64,000 nucleotides of DNA, from NCBI RefSeq assembly GCF_009914755.1, contig NC_060935.1; one strand, written 5' to 3'. A model generated the notes under the pieces. That model saw only the letters and a program-made list of their open reading frames with translations. It was not told where the DNA came from and ran no database searches. Origin of the DNA: the human T2T-CHM13v2.0 reference genome, Homo sapiens. A program made the translations under genes and the position numbers. Positions within the stretch are counted from its first letter, which is position 1. The number at the start of each line of letters is the position of its first letter. Positions 1 to 14,126 of this stretch are shown piece by piece.

Positions 1-1786
1 CCCATTCGAGTCCACTGTTCACAGACAGACATGTTTGTCTTGGGGCCAACTGGCCCTCCACCTATGACAGACAGGACTCCAGTCCAATCACCAGGACCCA
101 AGATGGAGATGAGCACTAGGCTCTCTGCCTCCCAACAGCTCCATTCCTGCATGCCTGCAGGAGCCTGATCCAGCGGGGTCAGAGTCATCCTTCACCCCAC
201 AGAGCACAGGCTGGGCCAAGACCAGAGAGACGGCTCCCAGGAAGTCCGAGCCACTGATCAGTCCTAAGCAAGACGGGAAACTGCCATTCTGAGTTCAGCA
301 ATAAGACACCCCCTGAAGCCTTGTGGGGAGCTCCAAACTCTCGGGCCTGTCCCCAGGGAAGGAAAAGGAAACCCACCAGAATCTAACAGAAAGAGAGTAT
401 TTTCCTCTGTATTTCCCTCTGGCCTCCCTAGTCAGGTCCCAGAAATTCAGATTGGGCTGCTATGGGGACATAAAAAGGGAAAACACGCACAGGGCACTGT
501 CCTAACTGCAGACTCCGGAAACCACCCCCACCACCCCACGAGGCCAAAGCAAAACCTAAACATCCGATGCAGTATATTCCCAAACTGGTGCCTGGGTCGC
601 TCCCCTCCCTTTCTCCTGCATCCTCCCCCTCTCTTCTTTCCCTGTTCTCTAAGTGCTCCAAAGATCCAGAAGCCAGGTGAGCAGCTACCTCTACCTTCTG
701 CCCACACAGCGCTGACCCCTAGCTGTACTCAGCCACCCAAGAGGCAGCCAAGGTGCTCCCATATTTTTTTTAACTCCTCATGCAACACCCAGAGTGGAAG
801 AGAGTCCTCCCTAATGAGTGGGGAGGCAGCTCTGTTGCCCCACCCCCTCCCTACCTCCTGTTGCAGGGTACATTCTAGTTTGGCAGAAACTGCAATGTGT
901 CAGTTTGCTGCCCAGGACCCTGGGAGCACCCAGTGTGGCTGCTGCCGTGGGCAGAGAGGGCTGTGTTTTTCTGATGTCCCTTGACTATGCTGGGTGCTGG
1001 CAATCCTGTGGTCCTCCCATTCTCTATTATCTGACAAGGATTTCCTGTGGGGATACGTTCTTGGATCATCTGAACTGAAATAATTTGAGAAAGGGACGGC
1101 TTCAACCATTTCTCTCTGTCCAGAGTTCCACCATCCAGGGCTCTGTTCAGGATTTTTTGGGGCAATGTTTGGGGGGCAGAATTTTGGAAGAACTGTTCTG
1201 GGCAACACAGCTGTTCCCCAGGCCTTCTTAGGTCAGGTTTGAGAGAAGGGAAAGAGGAGGGCAAGTGTTTCTAGGCCTCTGCCTACTCACTCATCCGGGA
1301 GGACTTTCTTCCACTCTGGGATGTTAGTCTTGCATAAGGAGGTGAGAAATACAGGAACAGCATTGGCTGCCTCTTGGGTGGCTGAGTAGAACTGGGGTAT
1401 GGGCTGCAGTTGGGGCATCTTCCTTAACTGCCCACCTGGCTTCTGGATCTTTTGTTCTGATGCCCCTAGCTCTTGACCTCTGCTCTGGGTGGCCTATAGG
1501 TACAAAGCTGTCTTTTCCCCAGTGGTAAGGGAAAGGGCCTCCCTCCCCAAACTCTTTTGCGGTTCTAGGGACCTCATTCCCACAGTCTTCCTGCTGTGAC
1601 CCAGTTTTGCATGGCTACATACTATACGCTCTGTTCCTGGGAAAGCAGTGTCCCTGCACATCCCAGCATGGCTGCTGTCTCCCCAGAAACAATGGCCCAG
1701 CAAGTGGTAAGGAAACGGCTGTGAAACCAATGGCTCAGATCAAATGAGGGAACAGATGGCCCTCTCTTCATAAGATTCCAGGCTTC

Positions 1787-2127
<341 letters not shown>

Positions 2128-2415
2128 TCATGTATTAACTAACACCACATTCTTCAGATTCAAGGCCCAAGACAGAGGCAAGACAGGGACATAGAGAGGG
2201 AGCCAGCAAGCAGGCAGCACACAGCCTCTCTCCTCCTCACTGACCTACACTGACACGCACACTTCACTTGGGCAGAATCAAAGCCCCTTACTGATGAGGA
2301 TGCTAATAGAATTGAAATGAACGCCAAAAAACAAAACAAATGCAACCCAGGCTAGAGCATTCTATCTTTCATCTGATCTGTGAACACAAGTTTGCCAATA
2401 CCATGTCTTCCCACC

Positions 2416-2880
2416 TGTTGGAAGACAAATCCCAATGGAGTCTCGCATTTCTGCCCTTCTTCTGAACAAGAGGAACTGACAGTTCCAGACTGTATTTTAA
2501 AGGGTATTTATACAGCAAACAGCCTTGGAAGACAGAGATAGTGTCTCCCTTCAGGGCAGAGGCAGATTTGTTTCCTGACCAGAGTGATAAAGATAATGTC
2601 TCCTCCAAGGACAAAGGTTAGGCAGGTTTGCCAGCAGTCTCTGAAAAGACTGGGGTTTCCTACGCTTGGGCTCCCCAGCTGGGACATGGACCTGCAGTGT
2701 GTGCAGCTTCCACCTGGGCCTTCTCCACACCGCCCCATGGGACTTAGGCACAAGGGGAAACCCGTGTGAACACGAAGCTCATGCTGCCTACTGTGCCATA
2801 AGTAATAAAGTCCTTTGCGACCCAGGGGTCTCGTGTCTTCTGCCAGCACCATGAAACTGGGGCAATGAAATGTGTTAGCT
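2416..2880 (+). mobile_element. ERVL-class solo LTR, LTR40-like
   Basis: Starts TGTTGGAAGACAA..., AATAAA near 2804; recognised by resemblance to the consensus from memory. Confidence 0.55.
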
Positions 2881-3100
2881 TGTACAATAGACTGAATATT
2901 TCTGTCCCCCAAAATTCCTATGTGGAAACACAGGTGAGGCCTCTGGGAGGTGATTAGGTCATGAGTGCAGGGCCTTCACCAATTAGGGCCCTTTTAAAAG
3001 AGACCCCAGAGAACTCCCTCCGCCCCTTCCACCATGTAAGAACACAGAAAGAAGATGGCCATCTCTGACCAGGTAGCAGGCCTGCACCAGACACTCAATC
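2881..3100 (+). mobile_element. MaLR LTR fragment (MLT1A-like)
   Basis: GACTGAAT...TGTCCCCCAAAATTC, GGGAGGTGATTAGGTCATGAG, AAAAGAGACCCCAGAG motifs. Confidence 0.7.
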
Positions 3101-3120
3101 TTATTTAATTCTAACAATAA

Positions 3121-3421
<301 letters not shown>

Positions 3422-3836
3422 CGAAATATTATTACTATTATTGTTGTTGTTAATATAGTCACATCATCATGTTATAAGAGAAAAACAGAGTCTTCACAAA
3501 AGTTAAGTGATTTGCCTTAAGGGCACACAGCTAAGGAAGAGGGCCTGTTGGACTTCAAAGCCTTCCAAAAATAAAGGAAAGGAATGATGTTGTTTTCTCC
3601 TTCTCGTGTCCCCAAAGGTCCTTTGGATTTCAGTTCATTCAAGAGCCAGGCTTTTAATCACAAAGCCACTCTGTCTAAGCTAAGGTGCTTCCCCTGATGT
3701 CCCATTCCAGGAGGAGTTCCAGAAGGTGGGACCATGCCTGCCCACAGTGAAGGAGGTCAATCTAGGTGTCTCCTCCTGTTCCTGTTCTTCTGCAGCCCCC
3801 TGAGATGACCCAGGTGCCACCTCTGCCATTGCTTAC

Positions 3837-3973
3837 CCACAATATCTTCATAGGCATTTTCTTCTAAAGTGCTTTTGGATCCAAACTTGGGTTGGTTCTC
3901 AGTACCATTCTCAGTGGGAGAAGAGGGGTACAGGGACTGGAGACTGGATGCATCCTCAAACTCAAAGGATTTT
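3837..3973 (-). CDS. DENND2B: DENND2B/ST5 third coding exon (137 nt; KSFEFEDASSLQSLYPSSPTENGTENQPKFGSKSTLEENAYEDIV-G)
   Basis: Acceptor CTTGTTATCCACAG|A (AG at 3975-3974); donor TGG|GTAAGC (GT at 3836-3835); continues the frame from the upstream phase-2 exon; contains the ENxYEDI motif seen in DENND2 proteins. Confidence 0.96.
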
Positions 3974-5721
3974 CTGTGGATAACAAGAGCAAGAGTCATT
4001 CCTGCTGAATCAGATCTCTGCTGCCTTGCTGGGGAATGTCCATGGCAACAGCAAAGACCATAGGCCCTCCTTACAAAGGCAGCTTCTGAAAGAGCATCAA
4101 GGTGGGTCCAAACTTACCATCCAAATGAAGAGACAGATGGTCTGAAAGGCCCCAGCCTGGGTGCCTGCAATGTGCCTTATCCTGAATAATACCGCTATTA
4201 GATAACAACTACCCCAGCTTAAAAGCATGCTGTTCCAGGTGCTGCGTCAAATCCACCTTTACATGTGTTATCTCATTAATCTTCACAACAGTGCCACCAG
4301 TATTGGGACATCTTGTGAAAGAGGAGATGGAAGTGACAGAGGCATGATTCTCCCAGGCGACGTCTCACTCCAGGGCCTGAGCTCTTAACTATAATTTTGG
4401 CCTTGAGCCCTAGAGAATATCCTCCTTGAGAAGTGTCTGTGATTCCACTGGAATTGAGTGCCTGGTCTGCCTCTGGAGTCTCACATCCTCATCTGCATCC
4501 TAGCTGGGGACTCCTGCCACTGCACTAAGCAGGTAGGAAGGCTCAACACTGGGAGGGTCCCACTCAGGGCTGTCAGGGGGTTGGAAAAGCAGTTGTTGCT
4601 GGGTGGTTTGTTGAAGCAGGAAGGGCTGAGCCCTTAAAACAAATAAGACCACTGCCAAGGTGGAGCTGGGAGGACAATTTGCAGCCAGAAGCTGCTTCCA
4701 AGACCAAGCTTCCCTTCAGCTAGCTTGCTCCTTTCCATCCTTTGGACAACCTTCCTCTCTACTGTATAATTTCAAGACCACAGCTTGTTGTCTCCTAAGA
4801 CACCCTGAGCCTACAGCACTCTCTGCCCCTCTCCTTCATGAGAGAGGTACGTCCCTCATCTGAGACCCCAACTGTACCCTCTCCCTCTCCAAGGCAAGTC
4901 CCCGCAGGCTCCTGGGGAGGGAAAGAAGGAAAGGCACTGACTGGATCCCTCCTCCCACCCATGAACACCTCCCTCTTCTTTGGGGCACCATCAGACCTTT
5001 CAGCCAATAAAGCCCTTTTTCTCTTGTTTACTAACAGCTTCTCCTGAGAGTCCTAGGGTGTAGGTAAAGGGCTAAAAGTGTCCTGAAGGCTACAGCTTGT
5101 TCTTAGCTTGCCTGCCCCTGCCCCGCCCCAAGCACTCAACACAACCGAACACTCTTTATATTGACATCTCCTCCGTGTGCCTCTGTGACACATTCCCTCC
5201 TGGCTTTCAACTAACTCTCTGGCCACTACTTTTCAGACTCTTGTGAGGGGTTCTCCTTTTCCATTTGCCTTTTAAGTGTCCGGGTCTCTCAGAGTTCTGT
5301 CTTAAAAACTCTTTCTCACTCTGCACTTTCTAGGGACCAAATATCCATGGGCCATTGCCATATCTACCATCTCTATCTTGATGACTCCCAGATTTCTGTC
5401 TTTGGCCCAGAGATTCTCAACTAGTTAAACATCCAATGGCTGAGCACAGTGGTTCGCAAATGTTGGCCCAGGACCAGAGTTAGTGTGAGAGCAAGTTTTC
5501 TTTGGCATATACAGTAGACTCAGCATCGTATGCAGGTAGCCCTCAAGTCAGTAAATAAGACACAAATCATGTTCAGTCAAATTATCCTTGAAAATCCCCC
5601 AGGAAGGTGTCACACTGAGGACCAACATGCTGTCTCTCATTAAAACTAATAGTTTCTCCCCAGGTTTTTTTTTTTTTTTTTGGCTGAATGCCAGAAGAAA
5701 CATTTGGCTTGGCTTGCATTT

Positions 5722-5725
5722 TACA

Positions 5726-5761
<36 letters not shown>

Positions 5762-6052
5762 AATTTTTTTGAGAGACAAGGTCTTGTGCTGTTGCCCAGG
5801 CTAGAGTGCAGTGGTGTGATCATACTCGCTGTACCCTCAACCTCCTGGGCTCAAGCTATCCTCCCTCCTCAGCCTCCCAAGTAGCTGAGACTGCAGGCAC
5901 ATGCCAACACTCCAGCTAATTTTTTAAATTTTTTGTAGAGATGAGGTCTCATTATGTTGCCCAGGCTGTCTCGAACTCCTGGTCTTAAATGATCCTCCCA
6001 CTTTAGCCTCCCAAAGTGCTGGAATTACAGGTGTAAGCCACCTCACCTGGAC
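5722..6052 (-). mobile_element. AluJ with a (CA)n microsatellite (5722-5758) in its tail
   Basis: Antisense Alu dimer; AC repeat; TGCATTTT flanks. Confidence 0.88.
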
Positions 6053-7698
6053 TGCATTTTTTTTAAAATAAAAAAGTATATTAAATATAAGAATCACACT
6101 TGGTATAACAGACACAAACTTACCATCTCTACTCCTCATGGAACATGTTCACTGTGTGAAATGGCATACAGAACAGACTGCACTTCTGGAACTGTTTCTC
6201 TTTTTCCAAGAGCACAGATTTAAGTTTGCTAAGTTAATTCTTACATGAAGGGACTCCTCCATATATGGTATACGTGTGTATATATTATATATAAATGCAG
6301 TGTGGGGTGGAATATGTGTAAAACCTTCAGGCTGATGAACTCTCCCCCCACTCCCTTTGGTCACCTAGCCAACTGCTTTTGGCTCTTCTAAATTTAGCTC
6401 AGCAACTCCCTCTATGAGGAGCCTCCCTTCTCTCCCCCATCTAACTCAGATGCCCCTTCTCTGGGTCTCTGCGGCCTCCTGCACTGCCATGAGTCATGGC
6501 ACGTATGACATTATCTATGATTTATCTGTGCACCAGACCACGAAGTCCTTGAATGGAAGAACCATGTCCTATTTGCCTCTGCATCCTCTTGACCAGCACA
6601 ATCTTGGTGCACAGCAGGCTCTAGAAGAATGTTTATAGAAATGGATGAACAAGGACAAAGCAAACACTCTTGGCAGGCCGTTTAAGAATTAAAGAGCCAG
6701 TGAGCATTCTGGGGTGGACTCAAACACGGGATTACCCTTAGCCACGGGCTGTTCCGGCTCGGGGGTCTGAATCTTTGAAATTTCTTCCTTTCTGCACATG
6801 GCAGGAAAGTTTATATATGAGATGGGATATGTTAGATGAAGCCTGAAGTGTGGGGACAAACTAAAGAATCCCCAGAAGTGAAACAAACCTGAATACCCAT
6901 CAGTCGTGGGGTTAGATGAGAATGGCAGTAAGGTGTAGGAGGATAAGTATTCCCAAGGAAGCTCACTCCCAGCCTACCCTGATTCAGAGAACAAGACGCC
7001 TGCCAGCTTTCACCAATTCCAATAGCTCCAGCTCCAAGTTACCGGGGAGACAGCCCTTGGTAATCTGGGGTTAGAAATCCTGAGACTGACCAGGAAACCA
7101 ACGTGAGCCTCGGAACAGGCTCATTCCTGTTTTACTCCTTTTTTCATCAATCTTCCCAATAATCCCCTCTTGATATAGGCCCAGGGTTCGTATATGGCCA
7201 GGAGGCCTTCAGGAGAGAAGGAATTGTGTTAAATTTGCCGACACTACCATGTTAATGATAAAATGCAGTATTCAGATAATGCTTCATTCAAAGAAATTAA
7301 TTTCTAATGCTGGTACTTCAGGTGGTAGGGAGGCTAAGATCCTACTACTCCGCAAAGGACTGCCTGCTTTACCTACTCCCAACAGAAGACTGAGGAAGCT
7401 ACAACAGGGGCAGGACACAGCCCAGCTCTACCCCAAAGGCCAAACCCAGCCAATACCTTCAGTGACCAGCACTCAGGTCCCAAGTATCCTGTAAGCATTC
7501 CCACTCATGTCCAAGTATCTTGTAAGAGCAGAACAATCTCATTTTTCACTACCACAACTACCACCTAACAATTATTCAGCACTTCAGAGCTTACGAAGCA
7601 CTAATGACTGCGACCCATCCTACAATCTGTGTTTGCACTGTCCATTTAAAAGAAAGCCACGGTATTCAGCTACAACACACCGGAGGGGCATGCATTAC

Positions 7699-8958
7699 CT
7701 GCTCTGGGACTTGCGGTGACCACGCATGTCCTTCTTGGGTCTCCGGGTGACTGGCGGGGCTGGGGTGGAGGGCAAGGGAGGTGGAGCAGCAGGTGTGGGT
7801 GAAGGAGGTAGACCATTACTGGGCTTACTCTTGGGGTTCTTGTCAGCCTCGTATTCAAAGGTGCGCTTGGGTTTGGGGACAGGGTTCACAGCGGGATCGA
7901 GGGAACTCTTCGATGGCAGCCGCTGGGAGCTAGGGCTATTTCCAGGGGTCCCGGGCTTAGTGGAACCACTGCCTTCCCTCTCTGGGGGTGGGCCCGCCTC
8001 CCCCGCAACACCAGCCACTCCGACTGCCCGGCTGCCAGCGCTCACACTCGCGCCCCCTGCCGGCTCCTCCAAGGAGCCCAAGGTTCCAGTGTTCCTTTTC
8101 CCCCGGTCCACGCTGTAGCAGCTGCTGGGGAGCTGGGGGAGCCCCCGGCCCGGCTGCTCCTTCAGGACCTGTTCAATTTTCTGGATCCGGCTCAGCACTG
8201 CTGAGCTCTCCTTCCTGCTGCCATGCCCCCTGAGGAAGGCGCTGGGCTCACTCCGGCCCAGCCGTTTCTCCAGCCGGTAGAAAGAGTCCCGGACAGGGAG
8301 CGCCTCTCCCTCCTCCTCAGTCTCTGGGTAGGAACACTCGGAGAAGGTCCTGCTCATCCTCCGGAGGCCCTTGAAATCAAAGGTCTTTTCAGAGCTGCAG
8401 GGGGACGGCACCACGCTGGGACAGCCCAGGCTGGGGCAGCCCTCACTGGCCGCCCACTCGCTCCCAGAGCCCTCCCGCTTCTCTCCACACATGCTCATCC
8501 TGGGCGACGCCTCTCGGCGACCTTCCCATGCTGATATCTTCTCCCGGATGCCCAGGCTGTGGGCGCGGGTACCGGTACGGGTCAGCAAGACGCCCCGGGG
8601 GCCAGCTGCTGGCCCCGGGAATGGCGTGCTCTGGGCAAGGGGGAGGCAGGCAGCGACCCCTGCTACATCCTGGGCTGCGCCTTGGACACTTTCCTTTTGG
8701 GCGTCTCTCTTGCACGCCGAAGGGCTTCTGTCCAAATAACCGAAGCTGGCGGTCTTGAAGGGACAGGTGGGTGGGGAAGTATCTGGGGAGGGATCTTGAG
8801 GATTCTGGGGTGAAGGAGCTGGGGGGTGCCGGTCCTTGAGGAGCACCCGGGAGCTGGAGTGGCTGGGGTACCTGCAGGCTGAGGTTTCACTATCACTGAG
8901 CGGGTAGATGGGACTCCTTGGTGGGGAGAGAACTGGAGGTGGAGAGACTGACTGAGAC
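7699..8958 (-). CDS. DENND2B: DENND2B/ST5 large second coding exon (1260 nt, codons 27-447), Pro/Ser-rich N-terminal region of the long p126 isoform
   Basis: Inside ORF 7695..9026; strong polypyrimidine acceptor TTTGTTTTGCCCCCAG|G (AG at 8960-8959); donor CAG|GTAATG (GT at 7698-7697); peptide SQSVSPPPVLSPP...PKPKRTFEYEADKNPK...GHRKSQS recognised as ST5. Confidence 0.97.
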
Positions 8959-9279
8959 CTGGGGGCAAAACAAAACAAAGGAAAAGAAAAGAAAATGGCA
9001 GTGAGTGGCTGACCAACCAGTGGCATCCTGTTTTATTCTTACAGAACTCAGCATCTTTTTCCTGGAGGACTCTCAAAGAGTATTCTATTCAAGTAATATA
9101 CCTTGAAGGCTGTCTTCAAGGAGAGCAATAGCTCCTTAATCACAGCAGGCCAAACTCAACAGGCCTCTCTGCCCAAACCATCCCCAGGCACCCTGAGTAA
9201 TGTCTGAAACAGACACCTGTTCTGTGCCAAGCGAGAGCATCCCAAGAGTCTAACATCTGCCAGTAAGAGGACAGAAAGC

Positions 9280-9655
<376 letters not shown>

Positions 9656-10004
9656 TCCCTGAAGTGGCCCCCAAATACACTCAGACCCTTTGATCTTTCC
9701 CTTTAACAAGCCTCTGTCTCCCCTGGGACTTCTGCTACTAGACATAACATCTCGCTTCTTCATGTTGGGTTCTGACCAGAATTAGAATCCCTGAGGGCCT
9801 CAGACAGGTCAGAAGCGCCCCTCAGGAAAGAGTCTTTTCCACTCTATCATTGAGGAAGCCAATGGGGTGGGGAGGCCAACTCCTTAGGCAGCTCCACCCT
9901 CCAGCAGTGGCATCACATCCAATAATTGGCGTCTACCATGTCCCAGCTCCAAATCCATATGCAGATCTTGGCAACTACAAGGAACACTTCTGAATAAATG
10001 TTTT

Positions 10005-10150
10005 TACATATGTTAACTCATTTAATCTTCCTGAAAAGTCTATGAGGTTATCATGTTTATTATCTTCATTTTACAAATAAAAAACACTAAGGCACAGAAA
10101 GGTTTAATATCTCATCCGAGGTCACTCAGCTGGTAAGTGAAACCAGGACG
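10005..10150 (-). mobile_element. MIR
   Basis: CTCATTTAATCTTC...ATTTTACAAATAAAAAACACTAAGGCACAGAAAGGTT...GGTCACTCAGCTGGTAAGT. Confidence 0.7.
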
Positions 10151-12254
10151 TGAACTTCCACTACACTGGGCTGACTCTCTGAAGAGGAAGCAGTGCCTCT
10201 GCCACTTTCTGAACTGCCAGGGCCCTGAGGCAGCTCAAGAGAAATCCCCACAGCACTCAGCACACCCCTGCCACAGCACTTGTAAGTATCAAGGGACTTC
10301 TTGGTCTTCCCTACTAGACCATGGTTTCTTCTAGGCCCAGGGACAAACAGATAGTGTCTGGAAGGTGCTCGGTGAATGATGAAGAGCAAAAGGAAGGGAA
10401 AGGTGAGCTTATTGAAGAGCACCATGAGCATACTTCCTCTTGGGCACACTTTTCTACTTGTCTACTAGAGTAACCACTGTCAACTTTCAGAATTCTTTCC
10501 AAACAGTTTCAGTTCAAAAACAGCAGGATTTGCCAACACTGCACAGCACAAGGCCTACCTGACCCTAAGGCCGTGGCCCTCAGCTCTGGGCTGCCCAGCC
10601 TCTCAGGCTCCGGAATGCCATGCTATCCACAGGAAGGCAGCCAGCTGCCCCTGAGCCAGGCTGCTGTCACTGCTCGCTCACACACAGAAAACTGGAGTTT
10701 GGGTGAGTCAGGGATTGGCTGACAATTCCCTGCTGGGTCACAGGCCTCTGGCTGCCCCCAATCAACAGGAAACCTCAACATGCTTAAGTTGTTTTTCAAA
10801 GGGCAAGTCAAACAAGAGCCATCCCATGTGTATATGGGCACAGATGAGAGAAATTCAGTGCCAAGCCAAGCCAATGACCAAAGAGGCTCTGCTCAGTGAG
10901 GAGGTGTGAACAGAGTAAGCCTCCGCACTCCCTGGGGTAGGGAGCGGCAGGGCAAGTCGCCAGGCTTGAGGCGGGGGGAGATCCCAACTTCCTCACAGTT
11001 CATGGAGGCCTTAGGTCTCTCTTATTTTATAGAACCATAAATACAAAAGGTCATCAGTCTAGCCCCTAAGTGAATGAGTGTCTGTGCTACACAAAGGACT
11101 CTGTTTTAGTTCTCAACTGAAGATGCATTTGACAGAGGACAATTTCATTTGTTTATTCATTCGACAAATACTTAGTGAGCACCTACTCTGTGCTAGGCCT
11201 GTTCTAGGTGCTAGATACAAGAATAAACAACACAGACATAAATTCATGTCCTCGTGAAGCTTATATTCTACTGGGAGATGGCAGGCACCTAATGAGACTC
11301 ACAATCTCTTGGGAAGCCTTTTTAAACTATACATGCCTCACCTGCTCAGGCACTTTGATATGTGGTTCCCTAGGGCTGTGTCTCCCCAGCGGCCCAGGAG
11401 AGAATTCACCAGTCCATGGAACCACTGTTACTTATGGTAGTGTGGGGCATGGCTCCTTGGGATAGGAAAATGATTCAGGTCCTCTGGTCCATCTGATCCC
11501 AGCATGCTTTCAGAAAGAGTGATTCTATAACTTCCCTTAGTGGCTCCAGCACGAATAAATCCTCACAGGTTAAGAACTTTCTCTCAATGCCTACCCTGCT
11601 TCAACTGAGGTTTCATTTCTCCCCTCTCATGCAGCATAAAATAGAGAGTAGACTGGCCCTTTCCTCTGAAGGTCCTGTCTTTGGTGTCACTGCTGACCTG
11701 GGACCCACGGCTTCACGTGCTACCCTTGCCCCAGCCTCCCCACACAGGCCAGGCCCAGTGCACTGTACCACAGAGGAACCTGCCTGTGCTGACCTGAAGC
11801 CCCATATCACAGAGAAGGCACCAGTCACTCATTCCAAGGTCTGGTAAACAATAAAGATAAGGCCCTGCCCTCCTGGGGTGACATTCTCACTTGAGGGTAG
11901 AATTCTCTGTTATCTGTCTGCATGTTTCTGATTCTACCTCTTATTAGCAATGGACTCACACTCTGAACATCCAGTTTCATTTCTTCAAAACTGTTCCATT
12001 TTACATCGCAGGGTTGTCATATTGAGCCAATGAGACCATGGATGCAAAATGCTCATTATCATTAGTACTGTTTTTTTTTTTTATCAGGTTATGGCTAGCC
12101 AGTCAGTCTCAAGAGAGGGTAAGAACATCACAGCCTTGGGGTTCAAGTTTCAGTGTAGCCACTTATAAGCTTCATGACTTTGAGCAAGTAATCTTCTCTC
12201 CCTAAGCCTCAGTTTCCTTAACTCTAAAATGGGTGTTGGAAGATCACGTATCTC

Positions 12255-12626
<372 letters not shown>

Positions 12627-12814
12627 CTAACACACAGTGTTCCATCTTAGCTTGATAATTACTCATATTCACAAGGGGCTGGCTCTTCAGAGTAATCACC
12701 TGGGAAATTTGGTCAGTTTGCCACTGTCAATGGATCCTGAACGCTGTCGGGGCAGGGGGGCGGGAGGGCGGGGAGTAAATCAAATATGACCATGAATTCT
12801 CAGCAGCTCAGGCT

Positions 12815-13250
12815 ATGGAAAGGTGGAGTCTATTGCTCCGTCACTCGAATCTTGGTTGATCTCGGTGATTTGCTTTGAGTATAATACAATGTGGCAGTGG
12901 AAATTGAAATTGTTCAAATTCTAAACTTGAGGCCTCAAGAGGCCTTGTAGTTTCTCCCTTTACCCACCTGGAATGCTGCCCTGACACCGTCACATAAGGA
13001 AGCCAGTCTAGTCTTTTAGAGGACGAGAGGTCCCATGGAATGTGACCGAGGCACCTCTATCAATAGCCAGCCTACAACTGCCTGACTCATGAATGAGGCC
13101 ACCTTGGACCCAGACCCAGCCGGACACAGCTACATGAGTGCGCCCAGGGGAAACCAGCAGAGAACCACCAGAAAACCCACAGAAATGTGAGAAACAATCA
13201 ACTGTGTTAAGCCACTAAGTTTTGGGGTGATTTGCTCCACGGCAGCAGTA
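12815..13250 (+). mobile_element. MLT1-family MaLR LTR
   Basis: GGCCTCAAGAGGCCTTG, GGAAGCCAGTCTAG, and 3' end TTAAGCCACTAAGTTTTGGGGTGATTTG. Confidence 0.75.
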
Positions 13251-13996
13251 AAAAGATGCAGGTGGGAAAGGCCACGCCTGCGTATCATTGGCCCATCCCA
13301 TCCCAATGCAGAGCCACTGCCCTGGCCTTCCTTCCCCACTTCCCCACAGGCCAGCTTAGCTTCCATGATGTCTGGATTGGATCTCTCTCTCACTACTACA
13401 GGCTCTGATGCTCTTATGGGGGCACCCCCTGGAAGTGGAGCTAGTTCAGCCACCCTAAGAATCAGCTTCCACCAGTCTTTGCTCCCAGGCTGAAGGAGGG
13501 TCAGGAGAGTCTCACCTAGAGAGGGAACACTAGGGAGGCTTCAGGAGGGACACAATGGGAGCCAGGTGTCAGGATGTCTAGATCCTCGTGACAAAGAGTT
13601 TGCACAGCAGGTGTCATCCCCTGGCATGGATGGGAGAGAGTGCTCATTCCTGGGCTTCAGTTCCTCTCTGTCTAGTTGTTTCCTAGTTCCTCAAACTGAG
13701 ACTCGGAGGGAAAGTAAGATCATTCTCCCCTGTTGGACAAGAGGAGACCACGGCCAAGAGAAGGGCAGGGCCTGCCTTCGGATGCCACCATGGGAGCAAA
13801 GCCACTGACAGTCTCTAGCTTCACTTCTTCATGGTTCCTAGGCCAGCTCCTTGCTAGCCTTCTCTGCATCTGAACGAAGGAAGCCACCTATCACCAAGAC
13901 CACAGTGTGCAACCCCACCAGGCCGGAGATACATTTTGGCTCTCCATCCATTCAACCAGATATATTGAGCACCAAGTCTATTCCAGGCACTATTTT

Positions 13997-14126
13997 AGGC
14001 TGAGGTGGGAGGACTGCTAGAGCCTGGGAGGTCAAGGCTGCAGCAAGCCACAATCATACCACTGCACTCCAGCCTGGGCAACAGAGTGAGACCAGAGTGA
14101 GACCTTGTCTCAAAAGAAAAAAAAAA
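13997..14126 (+). mobile_element. Alu right-arm monomer (FRAM/AluJ fragment)
   Basis: GGAGGTCAAGGCTGCAG...CCAGCCTGGGCAACAGAGTGAGACC plus A-tail. Confidence 0.8.

Noticed and set aside
7726-8813. Several + strand and alternate-frame ORFs overlapping the large exon
   Set aside because: Expected shadow ORFs of a GC-rich coding exon, with no independent signals.
8959-9026. N-terminal extension MPLVGQPLTAIFFSFPLFCFAP of the 443-aa ORF
   Set aside because: It is the translated intronic polypyrimidine tract; the real exon starts at the AG at 8960-8959.
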